A stretch of 32,000 nucleotides of DNA from contig MGMF01000001.1 in NCBI GenBank assembly GCA_001796335.1, forward strand, positions 358,657 through 390,656, read 5' to 3'. This document shows, in pieces, positions 26,369 to 32,000 of the stretch. The position numbers and the translations under genes were made by a program. Origin of the DNA: Chloroflexi bacterium GWB2_49_20. GTDB taxonomy: Bacteria > Chloroflexota > Anaerolineae > Anaerolineales > Villigracilaceae. The notes under the pieces are model-generated. The model was not told the origin of the DNA and made no database searches. It was given only the letters and a program-made list of their open reading frames with translations. Positions within the stretch are counted from its first letter, which is position 1; each line of letters starts with the position of its first letter.

Positions 26369-27112
26369 ATGAAAGAATTCATTTACGGACGCAATCCGGT
26401 TTACGAAACCTTGATGGCCAACCGCCGCCAGGCCACTCAACTTTTGTTGGCCGAAGGCGCACAGGAAAAAAGCCGCCTGGAGGAGATCCTTAACCTTGCC
26501 AGGCAGCGCAAGCTCCCCATTTCCAAAACGCCCCGGCAGCGGCTGGATAAATTGAGTGACAGCCATCAGGGCATTGCCCTGGAGGTCAGCGAGTATCCCT
26601 ATGCCACCCTGCGGGATATCCTCGAGCGGGCAGAAGATCGCCATCAACCGGTGTTTGTGCTCATCCTGGATACCCTGCAAAACCCACAGAACCTGGGTAC
26701 CCTGATCCGCACTGCCGAATCAGTCGGTGTGCATGGGGTGGTCATCCCGGGACCCCGCGCCGCCGAAGTCACACCCGCCGTGGTGAGCGCCTCAGCCGGC
26801 GCCAGTGAACACATGCTGGTGGTGCAGTCCAACCTGGCCCAGGCCATCTCCGAGTTGAAGCATGCCAACACCTGGGTGGTCGGGCTGGATGAAAGCCCCG
26901 ATTCACTGCCTCCCGACCAGGTGCGGCTGGACGGCGCCCTGGCAGTTGTGGTTGGCAGCGAAGGGGAGGGCATTCGCACCCTGGTTCGCAAACATTGCGA
27001 TTTTCTGCTGCGCCTGCCCATGCAGGGGAAGATAGCGTCCCTGAATGCTGCCGTGGCCGGGTCGGTGGTACTTTACCTGGCCTACATGGCGCGCAATCAA
27101 AAAGCCTCTTAA
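26369..27112 (+). CDS. rlmB: TrmH/RlmB-family 23S rRNA (2'-O-ribose) methyltransferase
   Basis: 247 aa; MKEFIYGRNPVYETL, LDTLQNPQNLGTLIRTAESVGVHGVVIP, VVVGSEGEGI, IASLNAAVAGSVVLY. Confidence 0.93.
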   Translation: MKEFIYGRNPVYETLMANRRQATQLLLAEGAQEKSRLEEILNLARQRKLPISKTPRQRLDKLSDSHQGIALEVSEYPYATLRDILERAEDRHQPVFVLILDTLQNPQNLGTLIRTAESVGVHGVVIPGPRAAEVTPAVVSASAGASEHMLVVQSNLAQAISELKHANTWVVGLDESPDSLPPDQVRLDGALAVVVGSEGEGIRTLVRKHCDFLLRLPMQGKIASLNAAVAGSVVLYLAYMARNQKAS

Positions 27113-27258
27113 AAATCTTTACCACGAAGCCACAAAGGCACAAACCAAATTGTAAAAAACCTTGGTGTCTCATGTTCTGTAACTTTGGGATGGTGGTGAA
27201 AAGGCGTTTTGCAACCAGTTCACAAATTTAAGATGTCTTTTAAAAATCAAAGGTTTTA

Positions 27259-28605
27259 ATGGAGGCAAGCATGCCCGAAGCAACATTCCACTTTCCACGC
27301 GGTTTTCTATGGGGTACAGCCACCGCCTCCCACCAGGTTGAAGGTAACAACACCAATAACAATTGGTGGAACTGGGAGCAGCAACCCGGCCGCATTCAGC
27401 AGGGTCACAGATCAGCCCTGGCCTGCGATTGGTGGGGTGGACGCTGGAAGGATGATTTTGATCGCGCCGCCGAAGCCGGGCAGAACGCCCATCGCTTCTC
27501 GGTGGAATGGAGCCGCATCCAGCCCACACCGGACACATGGGATGAGTCCGCCCTGGAACAGTACCGCCAGATGCTGCGCGGCTTGCGTGACCGTAATATG
27601 CTGCCCCTGGTCAGTCTGCATCACTTCAGCGACCCGCTCTGGCTGGCAGAACGGGGTGGCTGGGAGAACCAGGAAGTGGTGGCCAAATTTGAGAAATTCG
27701 TGCGCAAGGCCGTGGAAGCCCTGAAGGAATACGTCAGCCTGTGGTGCACCATTAACGAACCCAATGTCTATGTCCTGGAAGGCTACGTTTCGGGTCAATT
27801 TCCGCCCGGCAAGAAGAATTTCAAACTCGCCATGCAAGTCATGGCCAATATGCTGCGCGGCCACGCCGCAGCCTACCGCACCATCCATGCCATCCAGCCG
27901 GAGGCACGTGTCGGCTATGCCTTGCATTACCGGCCAGTCGTACCTGCCCGAGCCTGGTTCCCACTGGACCGTATGGCAGCCAACCTGCACTATGCGGGCA
28001 TAAACCTGGCCTTCCCCTCTGCATTAAGCGGCGGAGTGATGCGCTCGGGTATCGGCAATGTGTCCATTCCCGAAGCCAAAGGCACACAGGATTACCTGGG
28101 GGTCAACTACTATAATACCTTCACAGTAAAATTTGACCTTTTAAAGCCAGGCGAATTGTTCGGGAGCGCCTATTTCCCCAAAGGCAGCGACCTGAGTGAC
28201 AACGGCTTCAATGCCAACACCCCCGAAGGCCTGTTTACGGCAGTCAAATGGGCGGTGCGGACATACCCCGGCCTGCCGATCATCATCACCGAAAACGGGA
28301 TTGAATGCGCCGATGACCATATCCGGCCGCGCTACATTGCCCAGCATGTGCGCCAGCTCTGGCGGGCGGTCAATTTCAACTGGCCGGTCAAAGGCTACTT
28401 CCACTGGTCCCTGGTGGATAACTTTGAATGGGAGCGCGGCTGGACACAGCGCTTTGGGTTGTGGGCGCTGGACCCTGAAACCCAGGTACGCGCCAAACGT
28501 CCCAGCGCCGACCTTTATGCTGAAATTTGCAAAGAGAACGGGCTTTCCAGCCAGATGGTACGTAAATATTGCCCGGAAATCTTCGAAAAGATGTTTCCGG
28601 GCTAA
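27259..28605 (+). CDS. Glycoside hydrolase family 1 beta-glucosidase
   Basis: 448 aa; FHFPRGFLWGTATASHQVEG, TINEPNV, IIITENGIECADD, GYFHWSLVDNFEWERG. Confidence 0.95.
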   Translation: MEASMPEATFHFPRGFLWGTATASHQVEGNNTNNNWWNWEQQPGRIQQGHRSALACDWWGGRWKDDFDRAAEAGQNAHRFSVEWSRIQPTPDTWDESALEQYRQMLRGLRDRNMLPLVSLHHFSDPLWLAERGGWENQEVVAKFEKFVRKAVEALKEYVSLWCTINEPNVYVLEGYVSGQFPPGKKNFKLAMQVMANMLRGHAAAYRTIHAIQPEARVGYALHYRPVVPARAWFPLDRMAANLHYAGINLAFPSALSGGVMRSGIGNVSIPEAKGTQDYLGVNYYNTFTVKFDLLKPGELFGSAYFPKGSDLSDNGFNANTPEGLFTAVKWAVRTYPGLPIIITENGIECADDHIRPRYIAQHVRQLWRAVNFNWPVKGYFHWSLVDNFEWERGWTQRFGLWALDPETQVRAKRPSADLYAEICKENGLSSQMVRKYCPEIFEKMFPG

Positions 28606-28609
28606 ACAA

Positions 28610-28645
28610 AAAACCTCACGGCATTGAAAAGCACCGTGAGGTTTT
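28610..28645. terminator. Bidirectional intrinsic terminator between the GH1 gene and kbl
   Basis: AAAACCTCACGG (28610-28621) / CCGTGAGGTTTT (28634-28645); A- and T-flanked between convergent genes. Confidence 0.85.
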
Positions 28646-28658
28646 GATTTTCAGTCGC

Positions 28659-29837
28659 TTAGATCACACCCAGCTTTTTGCCCACCCTGGCAAATGCCTC
28701 CAAACCTTTATCCAGGTCTTCGTAGCTGTGAGCTGCCGAGATCATGACGCGGATGCGGGCCTTGCCCTGCGGCACGGTTGGGAAACCCAACGCCATGCCG
28801 AATATTCCAGCTTCGTATAATTCACGGCTGAACTGCTGTGCCAGGGGGGCTTCGCCCAACATGACCGGTGTGATGGGCGTGGTGCTGACACCCGTATCAA
28901 ACCCGAGTTCCTTCATTTCTTTCTTAAAGTATTTGGCATTCTCCCACAAGCGGTCCACCAACTCAGTGGATTTCTCCAGCAAATCAACCGCAGCGATACA
29001 GGCAGCCACATCCGGTACGGTCATGGCTGAAGAGAACAGAAACGGGCGTCCGCGCTGGCGCAGCCACTCCACGATGACCGGGCTGCCCGCCACCACACCT
29101 CCCATAACCCCAAAGGCTTTGGACATGGTACCAACTTCCACATCCACCTTTCCATGCAAGCCAAAGTGATCCACAATGCCACGCCCACCCTTACCCAGCA
29201 CACCCTCCCCGTGGGCATCATCCACCATCAGCAGGATATCATGTCGTTCGGCAACCGCATAAATTTCATCCAACGGAGCCATATCCCCATCCATGCTGAA
29301 AACGCCATCGGTCACGATCAGGGCACGCCGGTACTGGGAGAGATTCTCTTTGATCACAGATTCGAGTGAAGCCGGGTCACAATGGTCATAAGCAAGGATC
29401 TTGGCGCCTGAAAGCCGGCAGCCATCGATGATGGAGGCGTGGTTCAAACGATCCGAGAAGACCACATCTTCCTTACCCACCAAAACTGGAATGGTTGCCA
29501 GGTTGGCCGTAAAACCGGATTGGAAAGTTATGGCGGCTTCGACACCTTTGAATTTTGCCAGACGTTTTTCCAATTCGATATGCAGGTCCATCGTCCCGGC
29601 AATGCTGCGCACAGCACCCGGTCCGACTCCATAGGTATCCATGGCTTTCTTGGAGGCAGCCACAATACCGGGATGGTTTGCCAACCCCAGGTAGTTATTT
29701 GAACAAAAGTTAAGCACCTTTCTGCCATCCACCAGCAACCAGGCGCCTTGTGCTGAGCCTAGTGTACGGATACGATTATACAAACCAGCCGTCTGTAAAC
29801 TCTCAATTTCCTGTTTGATCCAGTCAATCTTGGACAT
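28659..29837 (-). CDS. kbl: Glycine C-acetyltransferase (2-amino-3-ketobutyrate CoA ligase)
   Basis: 392 aa; [84 protein letters not shown]. Confidence 0.87.
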   Translation of the reverse strand: MSKIDWIKQEIESLQTAGLYNRIRTLGSAQGAWLLVDGRKVLNFCSNNYLGLANHPGIVAASKKAMDTYGVGPGAVRSIAGTMDLHIELEKRLAKFKGVEAAITFQSGFTANLATIPVLVGKEDVVFSDRLNHASIIDGCRLSGAKILAYDHCDPASLESVIKENLSQYRRALIVTDGVFSMDGDMAPLDEIYAVAERHDILLMVDDAHGEGVLGKGGRGIVDHFGLHGKVDVEVGTMSKAFGVMGGVVAGSPVIVEWLRQRGRPFLFSSAMTVPDVAACIAAVDLLEKSTELVDRLWENAKYFKKEMKELGFDTGVSTTPITPVMLGEAPLAQQFSRELYEAGIFGMALGFPTVPQGKARIRVMISAAHSYEDLDKGLEAFARVGKKLGVI

Positions 29838-29913
29838 GTTCAGCTCCTATAATGTTTAGTTTCATCTCAATAATTCGGGGGCATCACCCCATTTTTTTGA
29901 AAAGCGATCATGT

Positions 29914-31596
29914 TTATTCGTGATGGTTTTCACCAACACTTATTATATCCGCTTTTATGGCATCATCCGTCAACAACCCAAGCTCTCCCAGGGCAGCCAG
30001 AATTTTGGCCTGAGCCCCGGTTTTGACCACAACTGTGGTTGGGCCAAGGATCTCCCCGAGGAATCGCCCTGCCCGTGATTTGCGCAGTTCTTCAAGTACC
30101 TCCGGCCGGCTGAGACGTAAGACCACGAGTTGCTCCAGTTTCGCTTCAGTGCCGTTCAACTCCCAACGTGTCAGGGCGCGAACAAAGGATGGCGGCAGGG
30201 GTGAGGCGGCATATTTATTCAATAAAGACAGCAGGTGAGAAACCTTGAGTCCTTGCTGCAAGGCATTCTTGAGAGATGCCGGCGTCAAACGGTAACGGTA
30301 TTCATCTTTTTTGTCTGGTTCCCACTCGCTAAAACGCGCCACCTGGTAGCGAACCGTACGCGGTAACTGCACGGGTATCGAAATTCGACCGTTTGCCGCC
30401 GCATGCAGCCTGCCATCTTCCCTGGGCATGCCCTGCGGGGTGCGACCTTTGAGTAATTCCGTTGACCAGCCTGTCAGGCGGAACGATGTTGTCATGCCCC
30501 CATTTTCTGCCGAGGACAGATCCAAAATCCCCAGCCAGTGCAGCGGGCCTGTGATGAGGTAACGGATGATGGCGCCATCCACGTCCTCCCAGTGTGCGAA
30601 GCCATGCAGGAAGGCATTGTCAGCTTCCCGGCGGATCAACCACGAGTCAAAATCTCCGGCGGGTCGTTCAAAATCCGGGCTTGTCTCACGAATCATGCGC
30701 ACAAAGGATGGTAGATTCCACCATTTGCCGTGCGGTATCCGCCCCAATAGATCCAGAATAAAATGACGTGTAGCAAAGGCATTATTGCTCCAGGTGCCTT
30801 CGCAGACCAGTCCGGGAACCTGGTGTAACTCGTTGAAGCTCGCAGATTGCATCCAGGCACGCACCAGCCCAGCCAGTGATTCTGCCCTTGTTTCTTCCAG
30901 GAAGTCTTTTACAGCTTTTAGATGCAATATGGGAACTGAGTCGGGACCCTTGGGGGCGCTGATCAAACCTGCAGCCAGTAAAAATTCCCGCAATACTGCT
31001 TCCGGAACAGATAAAGTAACACCTTCCGGCAGAACCTGCCAACCCATGCGCATCGCAGCCAGAAGTGTACAAGTATCATCCAGAATACTGTCACTGGCCA
31101 GGGCTGGATGACTTCGTTCAAGGGGAGAAGACAGACGACCGGGTACAATGGTGGCAGTACCATCTTTGGAAGGCAGGAGCAATAAAAGGTCATCAGGAAT
31201 GTAGGCAAATTCCTGCGGTCCGGATGTGGTTTCAAAAAAAGCATGTCCAAGCAAGGCACGATAGAACAGCACTTCCGTCGAAGAGACCGGTTGGAGATAC
31301 ATTTGCTCCCGGTCACGACGACCAGCACCTGCATCGCGCAGTTCACCAAAACGGCGCGTGAAATCCTGCCAGGGATTGCGTCCATTCTCTGCCACCAGCA
31401 CATCCAATGCCTGACGTGACTCCACAGGCAGGGTTTCAACGATCTCGGTCACCAGTTGGGCATCCAGCAGTCCAACAGCCAGTTCCTGCAAAGCAGCCTG
31501 TGAATCTGGTGAAAACAGCTCAATCCCCCATAAGCCAGCCACAATGCGCAAGTGACCGAGGTCGTAAGATTGCAGGGAATGAATTAGATCAGGCAT
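29914..31596 (-). CDS. Hypothetical protein; possible helicase-associated/XPB-Ssl2-like N-terminal type domain
   Basis: 560-aa ORF with winged-helix-like N-terminus and C-terminal ...VVLRLSRPEVLEELRKSRAGRFLGEILGPTTVVVKTGAQAKILAALGELGLL; no ATPase motifs seen. Confidence 0.6.
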   Translation of the reverse strand: MPDLIHSLQSYDLGHLRIVAGLWGIELFSPDSQAALQELAVGLLDAQLVTEIVETLPVESRQALDVLVAENGRNPWQDFTRRFGELRDAGAGRRDREQMYLQPVSSTEVLFYRALLGHAFFETTSGPQEFAYIPDDLLLLLPSKDGTATIVPGRLSSPLERSHPALASDSILDDTCTLLAAMRMGWQVLPEGVTLSVPEAVLREFLLAAGLISAPKGPDSVPILHLKAVKDFLEETRAESLAGLVRAWMQSASFNELHQVPGLVCEGTWSNNAFATRHFILDLLGRIPHGKWWNLPSFVRMIRETSPDFERPAGDFDSWLIRREADNAFLHGFAHWEDVDGAIIRYLITGPLHWLGILDLSSAENGGMTTSFRLTGWSTELLKGRTPQGMPREDGRLHAAANGRISIPVQLPRTVRYQVARFSEWEPDKKDEYRYRLTPASLKNALQQGLKVSHLLSLLNKYAASPLPPSFVRALTRWELNGTEAKLEQLVVLRLSRPEVLEELRKSRAGRFLGEILGPTTVVVKTGAQAKILAALGELGLLTDDAIKADIISVGENHHE

Positions 31597-31605
31597 AACC
31601 GTCTA

Positions 31606-32000
31606 TCAGGAAGATCTAACCACCTGCAAGGCCTTCGGCAGGATCTCGAATGATAATTGTCTTACATCCGTTCCAAATCCGGAATAGATTTCACCATCTG
31701 CATGGATGTACAACGGACGGTCAGAGGTGAGAGTCATTTTATGAAACTCACCCATACGCACCTGTTTAAATCGTCCATGCGTGCCTTTCATGACTTCGGG
31801 TATCAGCCGAAACATCATCAGGCGCGAGACCTTGCCGATGCTGGCATACTGAAAAATTCCATCATCCGGGCGGGCATCCGGGGCAACCAGGAAGCCGCCG
31901 CCTTCGCGCGGGCCATTACACATCACGAACATGACCGTTGGTCCATCCCAGGTTTCCTGGTCGGTCTCCACTTTCAAATTGGCAGGGTCAAAGTTAAGGA
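31606..32000 (-). CDS. Diacylglycerol kinase/lipid kinase family protein, C-terminal part (runs off window)
   Basis: Frame open to the window edge (...LNFDPANLKVETDQETWDGPTVMFVMCNGPREGGGFLVAPDARPDDGIFQY...PLYIHADGE), typical DAGK C-terminal domain. Confidence 0.85.
   Translation of the reverse strand, partial: LNFDPANLKVETDQETWDGPTVMFVMCNGPREGGGFLVAPDARPDDGIFQYASIGKVSRLMMFRLIPEVMKGTHGRFKQVRMGEFHKMTLTSDRPLYIHADGEIYSGFGTDVRQLSFEILPKALQVVRSS

Noticed and set aside
1-32000. CRISPR arrays, tRNA/rRNA genes, transposases or integrases
   Set aside because: Scanned by eye; no regularly spaced repeats, cloverleaf-like GTTCRANNC contexts near gene edges, or transposase/integrase motifs were recognised. 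A tRNAscan and IS search would be needed to be sure.

Overview
This looks like a bacterial chromosomal segment. The gene content and style suggest Chloroflexota/Anaerolineae, but that is inference only. It is mostly single-copy metabolic and housekeeping genes, with two regions that stand out. (1) 11.9-14.5 kb holds a compact arsR - arsM - hgcA - hgcB cluster. The ORF at 13111-14115 carries the diagnostic HgcA cap-helix motif NVWCAAGK plus a C-terminal multi-TM domain. It is followed 12 nt later by a two-cluster ferredoxin with CMECGAC (HgcB). Together they are the signature gene pair for mercury methylation, here placed directly behind an arsenite S-adenosylmethionine methyltransferase. A near-identical 19-mer dyad (17/19 identical) overlaps both the arsR promoter and the arsM-hgcAB promoter, which suggests ArsR controls Hg methylation genes. 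(2) 20.4-26.1 kb is a visibly AT-richer accessory cassette: a helicase-less type-ISP-like restriction-methyltransferase, a small protein translationally coupled to it by an ATGA overlap, a trypsin-like peptidase, and a HEPN-type protein. It sits between cysS and rlmB, downstream of a yacL-like PIN/TRAM gene. Other features are an AOR-family tungsten oxidoreductase facing a MoaD-like protein, moaA, a two-component system beside a Met/Gly-rich PepSY-like protein, GH4 and GH1 enzymes, kbl, an isolated internal fragment of a WecE/RffA-type aminotransferase, and several intrinsic terminators. No tRNA, rRNA, CRISPR array or transposase was recognised.
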